The notes beneath the pieces are model-generated. The model ran no database searches, was not told the DNA's origin, and saw only the letters and a list, made by a program, of their open reading frames with translations. Shown here in pieces: positions 46,642 to 55,579 of a stretch of DNA of 57,034 bases. The first letter of the stretch is position 1. Every line of letters begins with the position of its first letter. Position numbers and translations under genes: made by a program. The stretch is from Chloroflexi bacterium HGW-Chloroflexi-9 (GTDB lineage Bacteria; Chloroflexota; Dehalococcoidia; UBA2979): assembly GCA_002840675.1 (NCBI GenBank), contig PHBR01000002.1, positions 1 through 57,034 on the forward strand, written 5' to 3'.

Positions 46642-47339
46642 GATTGCTCATCGTCGACGACGCGCCTGAGGTGGTGGAGTCCGTCCAACTGGACTTCATG
46701 CTGATGTGGCCCGGAACGGAGGTCCTCTCCGCAGGGGACGGCCAGACGGCACTCGACCTGGTGCGACGGGAGTTGGTCGACCTCGTCATGCTCGACATTG
46801 GGCTGCCAGAGATGGATGGGTTCGAGGTGCTCCAGCGCATTCGTGATGTATCGAGTGTCCCCGTCGTGATGTTGACCGCCCGCGATGCAACCGACGAGAA
46901 GATCCGTGGCCTCCAGTTGGGTGCAGACGACTATGTCACGAAGCCGTTCAACCACCTGGAATTGATCGAGCGGGTCCGCGCCGTGCTTCGCCGCGTCGAG
47001 TTCACACGCTCCGGCGGCCCCACCGTACGCTTCCAGGACTTCGCGATGGACTTCGAACGGCAGGAGGTGAGGATTGCTGGCAACCTCATCCACCTCACGC
47101 CCACGGAATACAACGTCCTCCACTACCTCGTCTCCCACCGGGGCGTCGTGCAGGGGCACGAGACCCTGCTGAAGCATGTCTGGGGCCCGGAGTACCGCGA
47201 TGAAGTGGAGTACCTGCGTGTCTACGTCCGGCGGCTCCGCGAGAAACTGGGGGACGATCCGGAGCGACCGCGCTACATCGCGACGGTCCGTGGTTACGGC
47301 TATTGCTTTGATCCACCAAAGTCAGTAGTGGTCACCTGA
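46638..47339 (+). CDS. OmpR-family response regulator
   Basis: Start overlaps the kinase stop by 4 nt. REC domain (LIVDDAPE, LVMLDIGLPEMDG, KP) plus winged helix (LTPTEYNVLHYL...YIATVRGYGY). Confidence 0.9.
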   Translation: MRLLIVDDAPEVVESVQLDFMLMWPGTEVLSAGDGQTALDLVRRELVDLVMLDIGLPEMDGFEVLQRIRDVSSVPVVMLTARDATDEKIRGLQLGADDYVTKPFNHLELIERVRAVLRRVEFTRSGGPTVRFQDFAMDFERQEVRIAGNLIHLTPTEYNVLHYLVSHRGVVQGHETLLKHVWGPEYRDEVEYLRVYVRRLREKLGDDPERPRYIATVRGYGYCFDPPKSVVVT

Positions 47340-47512
47340 TCCCCAGAGTGTGGGTATATGTCCGGGTCACGACCGACGGTGGGCACGCCGTGGATGGTCG
47401 CGGAGGGACCGCGAGTGAGCCCTCGCTCTCAGCAGGTTTCTTGCGACGTGAACACCGGAGGTCCGAACGTGGTAGCAGCCGCAAGCACCGTACGTGGCGT
47501 TGTGCGTCCTCG

Positions 47513-47775
47513 GCTGAGGCCGCCCAATTGATCCAGGAGAAAGACGACATCACTGGCGGAGACCTTCGCCGCGTGATCCGCCTGCTTAAATTCTTGCGTG
47601 ACGGCCGAGGCACCTTCGCAATCAAGTCCATCCTGCTCACAACGCTTGTCGGACAGGTCGTGGAGTCGTGGAAATCTGATTCGAGTGGCTCTCATTTACC
47701 GGGACGTTCCGACAACGTTGCTGAATGTTATTGACGATGTCGACGCTTGGCTGCAACTTCGACCGTTGAAACCCC
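47513..47775 (+). pseudogene. Fragment of a nucleotidyltransferase (SMODS/MNT-like C-terminal helical part), frameshifted and truncated
   Basis: ...[36 protein letters not shown] in one frame continues as [20 protein letters not shown] in another. No catalytic N-terminus present. Confidence 0.3.
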
Positions 47776-47794
47776 TCCTTCTCGCCGGCTCCCG

Positions 47795-48110
47795 AGACGT
47801 GCCGGCGCTCCGTGTCGACGGTGGTGACCTCGCCGAGCAGGACGCGCACGTTCTGCTGACGGCGCAAGAGGCCACGCAGCGGTGCCGCGATATTGGCAGG
47901 CGACAGCAGACCGGTCGCGACCTGGTACAACAACGGCTGAAAGAGGTGGTGGTTGAGACGGTCGACCAGAGTGATGCGGACCGGCGCACCGCGGAGTGCA
48001 CGCACTGCCGCCAGCCCCCCGAACCCGCCACCAATGACCACCACGTGTGGCAGCGTTGGATGCGCACGACGCGCGGCATCGCTCTCTGCTGGTGTCGGAG
48101 GGCGCATCAT
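47795..48110 (-). pseudogene. ndh: N-terminal fragment of a type II NADH dehydrogenase / FAD-dependent oxidoreductase
   Basis: [62 protein letters not shown]...[12 protein letters not shown], after which the similarity ends. About 100 of an expected ~400+ aa. Confidence 0.6.
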
Positions 48111-48469
48111 AACGGGGGCCAGCGAGTTGAGTTGGAGCAGTGGGCACCCACTTTGATCCACATCAGCGTGTTGTGAATCTAGACGAGCGCGTGCCGCTGT
48201 GCCCGGCGATGACCTATCGATTGCATCGAGTGCGTCTCGCGTCGCGCCCGCTTCTGCCGTCGCACAACGGGCAGCTGTCAGCACGGCTCGCCAGCGCGTG
48301 TTCTTGCATATTCGTAGCGATTCGCCGAGGTGGGCGCATGGCCCCGCGGCGATGCCTATCATCGGATCAGTGATCGGACAGCCATTGTGCCTCCCGATCA
48401 TCGAAGCCACCTGCACGGCAGTCGGGGAACGATCTGCCCCGCGAAGCCAGGTGGACTGAGGAGCTTGAG

Positions 48470-48886
48470 ATGACCACAGAGCACCCGTCGACGTATGCGC
48501 GTACGCACGAATTGCAGGCTGACGTCCTGCCCTTTGTCCTTGGGCCGGAGGTCGACGCAGTGCTTAAGCACGCGCGCGCTGCCAGTGATGGACACGCAGC
48601 AAAGACGCTCGTAAAGGATGGGCCGTTACGCGTCACGCTCGTCGGGCTACGTGCTGGTGCCCAGCTCGAGGAGCATGAGGTGGCCGGTCCGGTGCTCGTG
48701 CAGGGGTTGAGCGGAGTCGCTCGACTCATGGCGAGCGAGCATGAGGTGGACCTGGGCCCGGGGGCGCTCGTGGCGCTCAACCTGGGTGTCGCGCATGTCG
48801 TGCAGGCGGTTCAAGACTGTGCCTTCCTCATCACTATCGCTCTGACTCCGGTCGCCGAGGAGTCGCCACGTCAGGAAGCTCAGTGA
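48470..48886 (+). CDS. Cupin-domain protein (copy 2)
   Basis: 138 aa with GAGGAG RBS. Paralogous to 26100..26480 ([13 protein letters not shown] vs TYLRTHDLSAEHL; [23 protein letters not shown] vs LHAGARLAEHAAPGAVTVQVLDG). Confidence 0.6.
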   Translation: MTTEHPSTYARTHELQADVLPFVLGPEVDAVLKHARAASDGHAAKTLVKDGPLRVTLVGLRAGAQLEEHEVAGPVLVQGLSGVARLMASEHEVDLGPGALVALNLGVAHVVQAVQDCAFLITIALTPVAEESPRQEAQ

Positions 48887-49671
48887 ATCCGACTGTCAAC
48901 AATGCCAGCAACACGCTCGATCAGACGCCTCGAGTCCCCTGCCTGCAGGCGTTAGCGGTCGGCGAATCCGTCGTCCTCGCCGGAGACACGATCTACTGCC
49001 GCGCCTGCTATGACCATCTGGCTTCGTCGCGACCCACGCTGGTGAGCGCGGTGAGCCCGTTCACGCTTCAACGCGGCGTGACCTGCGGTGGGGGCTACGC
49101 GAAGGACTGATCACGGAGGTGAAGGGGTGACGACACCCACCGCCGAGGCTCACCCATCGAGCTTAAATGAGATCGGCACAAAAGCGAGGGGACCGTGTTC
49201 AGAAACGTGCTGCTGGCGCTCACCAGGGAACGCACGCGCACCACGCCTGCACAGGATCGACGGTAAGGGCATGACAAACCGCTCACACAACGTGGTCCAA
49301 CAGGAGTTGGCGGAGGCGCGCGGTGACTTATCGCGCCTTCAAGCGAAGGGGCCGAGCAACGCTCTGGATGCGCGTGCCGCGCTGGAACGCGTGATCGCAT
49401 TGCAGAAGGAACTGGACGGCCTGAGCAACGCAGAAAGCTAGGTTCTCTGGAACGAGACTCTTTGTCGAAATCAGCATCAAGGGTGGCGAAGCCCTAACTT
49501 CACGTCGTCCCACGTCGCGGCGGCGAGCTAGGCGGAAGGCGTGCAGGATGGCGAGCCCCTCGTCTGGGTCGTCCCGGTGTGTTCGACGCTGATCTGGAAA
49601 CGTACCTCGTCCACTTCACCCGCAACATGGTCTTCGTCGCGATCGCTCGCGGCGTGCAGAGCCTGCCACCG

Positions 49672-50169
49672 ATGCTGATCTGCACAGTGGGGCACTCCAT
49701 TCGGACGCTCGAAGTCTTCGTGGAGATCCTACGGACGGCCGAGGTCACGCTGCTCGTCGATATCCGGTCCGTGCCGCGCTCCAGGCGGATGCCACAGTTC
49801 AACGCAGAAGCACTTGAAGTGAGCCTCCCGTCATACGGGATCCGCTACGTGCGAGAACCACGGCTTGGCGGATTTCGTCGGGCGACGTCCGAGCGCTCCC
49901 CGAACATCGGATGGCGTCACAAGAGCTTCCGCGCGTACGCGGACTACATGCAGACGGCACCCTTCCGGGCTGCGATCAATGACCTGATGGACCTGGCGAT
50001 CTCCGATCGCGTGGTGCTGATGTGCGCGGAAGCTGTGCCATGGCGCTGCCATCGCACACTCGTCGCTGACGCGTTAACCGTGCGTGGGGTCGAGGTTCGT
50101 GATCTGATGGACCGCGATCGTTGGCAGTTGCACCACTTGACCCCCTTTCGCTCACGCCGAAGGCAATGA
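49672..50169 (+). CDS. DUF488 protein (copy 2)
   Basis: Start at MLICTVGHS (49672). TLLVDIRSVPRSRRMPQFN...LMCAEAVPWRCHRTLVAD is typical of DUF488. Confidence 0.7.
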   Translation: MLICTVGHSIRTLEVFVEILRTAEVTLLVDIRSVPRSRRMPQFNAEALEVSLPSYGIRYVREPRLGGFRRATSERSPNIGWRHKSFRAYADYMQTAPFRAAINDLMDLAISDRVVLMCAEAVPWRCHRTLVADALTVRGVEVRDLMDRDRWQLHHLTPFRSRRRQ

Positions 50170-50171
50170 GC

Positions 50172-50462
50172 TCACCTACCCGGCCTATGCACCGCCCTCA
50201 CAGTAGTGCCGCGTGCTCGCGCACACACACCAATGTGACTTCCGGCCAGGTCCTGAAAGCGGTGTGGTGCGAAGTTGACCTTGGCCTCTACAGCAGAGCA
50301 GAACCGACACTCGAAAGTGATCGGTACCCACGCCGGTGACTCGTCTGACTCCAGCAGATCCAGGAAGTAGTTGAAGTGGTCGATGAACTCGGTGTCGATT
50401 GCCGATGAACGGATCGTGGATGAAGTCCCGTCCTCGTATCGCACCTGCCCGCTGACCTTCAT
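50172..50462 (-). CDS. hypothetical small protein
   Basis: 96-aa ORF in a lower-GC patch. It overlaps the 5' end of the opposite-strand ORF 50371..51249, so at most one of the two is real there. Confidence 0.25.
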   Translation of the reverse strand: MKVSGQVRYEDGTSSTIRSSAIDTEFIDHFNYFLDLLESDESPAWVPITFECRFCSAVEAKVNFAPHRFQDLAGSHIGVCARARGTTVRAVHRPGR

Positions 50463-51249
50463 ATTCTGGAGTGGCGGAAGCGCACGGGGGCCGATACTTG
50501 CACCATCGAAGCTCTCGCGGGGAGCGACGCGCCGCCAATTTGTTCAGCAAGCACTCGACGCTGACGAAGAACTGTCAGCAGAGACACGGGCACGGCTGCT
50601 CGTCCTCCTCGCCGGATACGAATCAACGCCCGACGCTACGGCAGCGGCACGCCTCGCACGACAGCTTGCCGTGAGACACCGGCTTTCCGAACTGTGTATC
50701 GGCGTCCCGGACCACGACCATTACGAAGCAGTGGCGGCGGGCGATCTCGAACTAGCCCGATCGGTCGCTGAGTGGGCCGCTAATCTCGCTACGCGGGCGG
50801 GAGACCGTGTCGCCGAGACGCGCTTCATGAACCGTGGAGGGGAACTGGCCGGTCGCACCGGACACCTCGGCGAGGAGTGGGGTATTGCGGAACAGTCGCT
50901 CGCGCTCGTGGAGCGGTCCCACGTGCTGGGCATGGCGGATCACGCCCGTTTCACCCTCATAGCGATCACGCTGGTGCAAGGTCGCTTCGACGAGTTCGAC
51001 TGGCTCTCCCGCGAGGTCGCCGACTCGCCATTCGCGTGGCAAGTACGTGCACGCCGGTCGGAGCTGATGGGCGATCACGAGGTCGTGCTGCGACGGCTGA
51101 TGGCGTCCGATGGACTCCGGACGGGGCATCCGCGTGTTGCGTGGGACTTGCACGGGGATGCGCCACGGAGACGCAGCCCTTGCTCGCGCGGATGTTGCGG
51201 CGACGGGCGTTGGGGTTTGGGAGCGGGCCGCGCTCACCCATCGGAGTAG
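50371..51249 (+). CDS. Helical-repeat protein, possibly the C-terminal fragment of a large regulator
   Basis: 292-aa ORF. The stretch from ~50520 (RRQFVQQALDADEELSAETRARLLVLLAGY...) looks like TPR/helical-repeat sequence. No N-terminal domain and an uncertain start. Confidence 0.3.
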   Translation: MKWSMNSVSIADERIVDEVPSSYRTCPLTFIFWSGGSARGPILAPSKLSRGATRRQFVQQALDADEELSAETRARLLVLLAGYESTPDATAAARLARQLAVRHRLSELCIGVPDHDHYEAVAAGDLELARSVAEWAANLATRAGDRVAETRFMNRGGELAGRTGHLGEEWGIAEQSLALVERSHVLGMADHARFTLIAITLVQGRFDEFDWLSREVADSPFAWQVRARRSELMGDHEVVLRRLMASDGLRTGHPRVAWDLHGDAPRRRSPCSRGCCGDGRWGLGAGRAHPSE

Positions 51250-51259
51250 CTCACAGTCG

Positions 51260-51625
51260 CTAGGCGGGGCGGCAGAGCCGTTCGGCGTTCGCGGCGTGGT
51301 GCTCCAGCTGCTTCTCGGCCACGAAGCTCTTGCCGCAGGCGTCGCACTTGGGCCGCGCGGCCTTCGCCGCGGTCTGCTTCTCCGGCTTTGCAGTGGGGCT
51401 CGCACCGGCGACGCTCCAGAAGCGCCAGCCGTTGCAGGCGGTCCCGCCCATCACCGCGCTGCCCGCCGATGAGGGCGACTTGAACTCGCGCCCGTCTGCG
51501 AGGCGGAAGCGGCGCTTGCCGTCCTCGCCGGTCACCACCTCGCAGCGGTGCTCGGTGCCTTTGTACTTGGCGACAAACTCCGTGCCCGTCGCCAGCTTGT
51601 CCCGCAGTCCTGCGTCGATCGGCAT
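51260..51625 (-). CDS. RAMA/DUF4357-like (methylase-associated) domain protein with C-terminal C2H2-like motif
   Basis: Start at MPIDAG (51625). GTEFVAKYKGTEHRCEVVTGEDGKRRFRLADGREFKSPSSAGSAVMGGTACNGWRFWSV resembles the restriction/methylase-associated domain (SPS.A...v.g....NGW.FW). CDACGKSFVAEKQLEHH lies near the C-terminus. Confidence 0.5.
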   Translation of the reverse strand: MPIDAGLRDKLATGTEFVAKYKGTEHRCEVVTGEDGKRRFRLADGREFKSPSSAGSAVMGGTACNGWRFWSVAGASPTAKPEKQTAAKAARPKCDACGKSFVAEKQLEHHAANAERLCRPA

Positions 51626-51726
51626 CGTGAATATTCCTTTCGTGCCGTTCCTGGTGGACTGCATCACTCACTCTGGGCGCGCACGAAGTCAACGACTCGG
51701 CGGGGTGAGTCGATCCGAGAAGCACC

Positions 51727-52975
51727 TCAGTCCTCCCGCTCGGCCTTGAGGCCGGTGAACGCTTCCCATCGCTCGATCGCGACCTGCACGAACTTCGGCT
51801 CAATCTCCATCGCGAAGCAGCGGCGGCCCTGTTGCTCGGCGGCGATGATCTGGGTGCCGCTGCCTGAGAAGGGCTCGGCGCAGATCCCGCCCGGGCCGGT
51901 GTGGTACTGGATCGGCCGCGCGAAGATCTCGACCGGCTTCTGGGTGGGGTGGATGCCGTCCTGCTCGCCCTGCTGATTGATCTCCCAGACCGTCGAGGCG
52001 TTGGCGGGCGGCTTCCGCGCGGGTACGGTGACCTTCGGGCCACCCGTAGAAGCAGGGCTCGTGCTGCCACATGTAGTCGGAGCGCGTCAGGGACGGGCGG
52101 GCCTTCACCCAGATGACCGTCTGGTGGACGAGCAGTCCGTTCTTGCGCCACGCGTCCTCGACGAGCGCCTGGCGGCGCGTGGCGTGCCACTGGTAGACCG
52201 GCACGCCCTCGACGGAGTGCGCGAGCCAGACGCGGAGGAAGTCGGTAAAGAACCCCGAGGCCGCGTCCGGGTCGCGGTAATCGTCCCAGTGCTTGTCCTT
52301 CACGTCCGGCTTGTTGTGCCATGACTGCGGGTGGTTGCCGCCCTGGTAGTCCACGAGGTACGGCGGGTCCGTCGCCAGGAGCGTCGCGCGCTCGCCGACC
52401 ATCAGCCGGGCCACGTCGTCGGGACTCGTAGAGTCGCCGCACATTAACCGGTGCTCGCCGAGGACGTAGACCTCGCCGCGCTGGACGGTGGACTGCTCCG
52501 GCACGTCGGGGACGGCATCGGGGTCGGTGTTGCCGCCGTTCCGATTGCCCGGCGAGACCTTCTCGAACATCGCGAGCAGCGCGTCGTCGTCGACGCTGAT
52601 CTCGGCCAAGAGCTCGCGGATCGCGTCATGGTCGGTGGCGGCCATCGCTGACAGCGGGTCGAGCGACGCGAGGATCAGCCGCTCCTCATCCTCGTCGAGG
52701 TCGACGTAGACGACGGGGATGCCCGGCTCCTGCTTCGAGATGGCGAGGGCGATACGAGCGTGGCCGTCGACGACGTGGCCAGTGCGCTGGTTGACGATGA
52801 CGTCCTGAACCCAGCCGACCTGGTCCAGGACGGCGGCGAGGGCGTCTTGCTGCGCCCTCGGATGCACCCGCCAGTTGCGCGGGTTGGCGAGGGGCTGGTC
52901 GGGGACTTCCTCGCCGTGCGCGGTGACGCGGTTACGCCATTCGGAGGTGTGCTGGGTCCTGTCGTTGCGGCTCAT
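51727..52975 (-). pseudogene. ParB-like nuclease domain fused to N4/N6 DNA methyltransferase, frameshifted
   Basis: ParB-N block (NPRNWRVHP...VIVNQRTGHVVDGHARI), DPPY motif and ...CFYGWPEG lie in the 51800..52975 frame. The C-terminal SAM-binding part (VTVPARKPPANASTVWEINQQGEQDGIHPTQKPVEIF...AEPFSGSGTQIIAAEQQGRRCFAMEIEPKFVQVAIERWE) is in another frame ending at 51727. The break is near 52030-52045. Confidence 0.75.
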
Positions 52976-53168
52976 GGCTCCATCGTGGAGAACCGACGGC
53001 GCCTCGGGTAAGGCTTCCTGTTAGCGTCGAACCGAGTGTTGGCCGTCGCTGCACAGAGGTGCCGGTCGAGCGAGTGCCACCCCGGCGGTCATCCACTGCT
53101 CCGGAGATGCGCCAACGAGAATGCCAGACAGACTATGACGGTCACCCTCGTCCTGCAGCAACAAGCAG

Positions 53169-53945
53169 CTACGCGAGCGGCACCGCGACCGTCATAGCCC
53201 AAGTGTGTGTGAGCATCAGCGTGCCGTCGTCGGCATGGAATGGATACAGGCCCGTAGGTGTTCCCCCTGCCAGCTCTGCGGCGAAGCGGCCTCGGATCTC
53301 ATTTCGCACGGCCGGTGGGGTGGCCGTGCGCTCCATCCAGTCCTCTACATCGACCGGTTGTTCCCGGCTCACGCGGTGGATGACACGGGCGCCTGCCTCC
53401 GTCAGTAATTCCTCGGTCTCCGCGAGTGTCAGCGTGCGACCGTGACTGGGGTCACGCAGTCGTTCGAGGCGGTTCATCTCCGCCGCGACCGGCGGCGCAT
53501 CAACGGCCACCATGTCGATGATCGCGATCCGACCGTCTATCCGCGTCACTCGCACCATCTCGCGCACGACGGCACGTGGGTCAGCGACCTGGTGCAGGGT
53601 GAGTCGACAGGCCGTCAGGTCGAACTGCCGGTCGATCCACGGCAGAGACATCGCGTCACCCTGCAGGAATATGATGTTGCGTAGCCCGTTGGCCGTGGCG
53701 AGCCGCTGGCCCTGCGCGAGCATCTCCGGCGTCAGGTCCAGGGCGCTCACGTGCGCAACCCGCGGGGCTAGCGCCCGTCCAAGGTGTGCCGCACCGGCCG
53801 CGACATCCAGGACCTGGTCCGTGGCCGCCGGGGCCAACTCCGCCACGATCCAGTCGAGGCCGCGGACAGCAAATCCGCTCTCGGAAAAGCTGGCCGCCTG
53901 CAGCCGGAACTGCTCGCGAACCGCGTCGTTATGCTCGCTGACCAT
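53169..53945 (-). CDS. Class I SAM-dependent methyltransferase (UbiE/COQ5-like)
   Basis: 258 aa with motif I VLDVAAGAAHLG and post-I/II blocks (ALDLTPEML, FLQGDAMSLP). Confidence 0.85.
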   Translation of the reverse strand: MVSEHNDAVREQFRLQAASFSESGFAVRGLDWIVAELAPAATDQVLDVAAGAAHLGRALAPRVAHVSALDLTPEMLAQGQRLATANGLRNIIFLQGDAMSLPWIDRQFDLTACRLTLHQVADPRAVVREMVRVTRIDGRIAIIDMVAVDAPPVAAEMNRLERLRDPSHGRTLTLAETEELLTEAGARVIHRVSREQPVDVEDWMERTATPPAVRNEIRGRFAAELAGGTPTGLYPFHADDGTLMLTHTWAMTVAVPLA

Positions 53946-54248
53946 ATCTCGCCTCCCTCGACCTGTGGGGAGTGCCAGTGTAGTTGTGGCACCACACCTT
54001 CTTAGGGGCCGGAACAGGCGACGGTCGCTAGGACTTGGGTGGCCTCCTCGGATCGGATTGTTCCTGCCGCCGAACTACTCGACGATTCGCCGGGCTGGCC
54101 TGGTAGCGTGAATTGCAGTCAGCCTGCAGACGATCGGCGTACTCGGAATGACAGGATGCGGGCTTCACAGCCCGCCTCTCACTAGGTCGTCGATGCTGGT
54201 GCTCTTGAGCCTGCCCCGGTTTCCCGGAGTGGTTGGGTGTAGAGGGCA

Positions 54249-55123
54249 TCATGCCGCATTGGTCGTCGGGACGGGCCTCCTCTCGTAGTCGACGGGGCTG
54301 AGGTTGCCGATCGAGGTGTGCCGTCGCGCGGGTTGTACCAGCCCTCGATCCACTCGAAGATCGCCCGCGCCAGCTCGGCCCGCGTCGTTCAGGGCTGCCG
54401 GTCCAGCAGCTCGAGCTGCAGCGTCCCGAAAAACGACTCCATCATGGAGTTGTCGAGCGCCGAGGCGACGCGCCCCATCGAGCCCAGCAGTCCCGCCGAA
54501 CGCAGCCGCTGACCAAACGCCCACGCCGTGTATTGCGAGCCCTGGTCCGAGTGGACGACGGTCTGCCCGGGCTGCGGCCGGCGACGCCAGCGGGCCATCT
54601 CGATCGCGTCCACGACGAGCTCGGCGCGCAGGTGGTCGGCGATCGACCACCCGACGATGCGCCGCGAGTACACGTCGAGCACCGCGGCGCAGTACACCTT
54701 CCCCTCGCGGGTCGGGTGCTCGGTGATGTCGGTGAGCCACAGCCGGTCAGGGGCGTCGGCGACGAAGTGACGACGCACGAGGTCGTCGTGCACCGCGGGC
54801 GCTGGACGGCGATGCTTCCCGTGCCGGCGGTAGATCCCGTGCAGTCGAGCGGCGCGCATCAGCCGCGCGACGCGCTTGCGACCGCAGCGGACGCCGCGTC
54901 CCAACCGGAGTTCGGCGTGCACCCGCGGCACACCGTAGGTCCCGAGCGACATGGCGTGGATCTCGACGATCTGCGCGCTGAGCGATGCATCGACGACGGC
55001 GCGCGCCGAGAACGGGCGACCCCGCCACTCGTAGTACCCGGACTCCGACACACCCAGCACCCGGCAGGCCACCGCGACGGATGTCCCGTCAGCGGCAAGC
55101 TCGTGGACCAGCCGGTTCTTCAT
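54249..55123 (-). pseudogene. IS3-family transposase orfB, nonsense mutation plus frameshift
   Basis: The 54389..55123 frame ends ...LQLELLDRQP-TGA, where copy A has Trp. It is followed in frame by TTRAELARAIFEWIEGWYNPR, and the last part (RRHTSIGNLSPVDYE) is in a third frame ending at 54249. Confidence 0.75.
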
Positions 55124-55410
55124 GTTGGGAGCACGTTCTCGCGAGCGAAGAAGGCAGCCGCACGCTTGAGGATCTCGTTCTCCAGCTCGAGCACGCGGTT
55201 GGCACGGCGCAGGCGCACTAGCTCGGCGTGCTCGTCGGTCGTCAGGCCGTCGTGCCGCTGGCCGGCGTCGATATCGGCCTGCCTGACCCAGCGGTTCAGC
55301 ACCGACTGGGCGATGCCGAGGTCAGCGGCGATCTGGCTGACGGGTTTCGCACGCTGCCGTGCGAGCTCGACGGCTCGCTGACGGAACTCCTCGGGGTAGG
55401 CGCGGGGCAT
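55120..55410 (-). CDS. IS3-family transposase orfA (HTH)
   Basis: MPRAYPEEFRQRAVELARQRAKPVSQIAADLGIAQSVLNRWVRQ...LELENEILKRAAAFFAREN. Start chosen by alignment with copy A. Confidence 0.8.
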   Translation of the reverse strand: MPRAYPEEFRQRAVELARQRAKPVSQIAADLGIAQSVLNRWVRQADIDAGQRHDGLTTDEHAELVRLRRANRVLELENEILKRAAAFFARENVLPT

Positions 55411-55579
55411 CCTGGACTCCTTCCGGGGCGACATCGTCGCCTCAGGCTAGGACTCCGGGAAAGTGGGGCAGGCTCACAACAGCGATATCACCATCGCCGC
55501 GAATGCACCGACATCACTGATGGACACACGGGCCCCCTTTTGTCCCAATCTTCCGATTGGACTCACAGATGTGGCTCAC

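Larger units (their letters stand above)
54206..55476 (-). mobile_element. IS3-family insertion sequence, copy B (degenerate)
   Basis: Terminal inverted repeats are TGAGCCTGCCCCGGTTTCCCGGAGT (54206 onward) and TGAGCCTGCCCCACTTTCCCGGAGT (reverse complement of the end at 55476). orfA/orfB overlap by ATGA. No obvious target-site duplication. Confidence 0.8.

Noticed and set aside
18599-55476. The two IS3 copies as ends of a 37-kb composite transposon
   Set aside because: The copies are clearly diverged and carry different inactivating lesions. I see no matching target-site duplications, and the 39-bp att-like repeats lie outside them and explain the island boundaries better.
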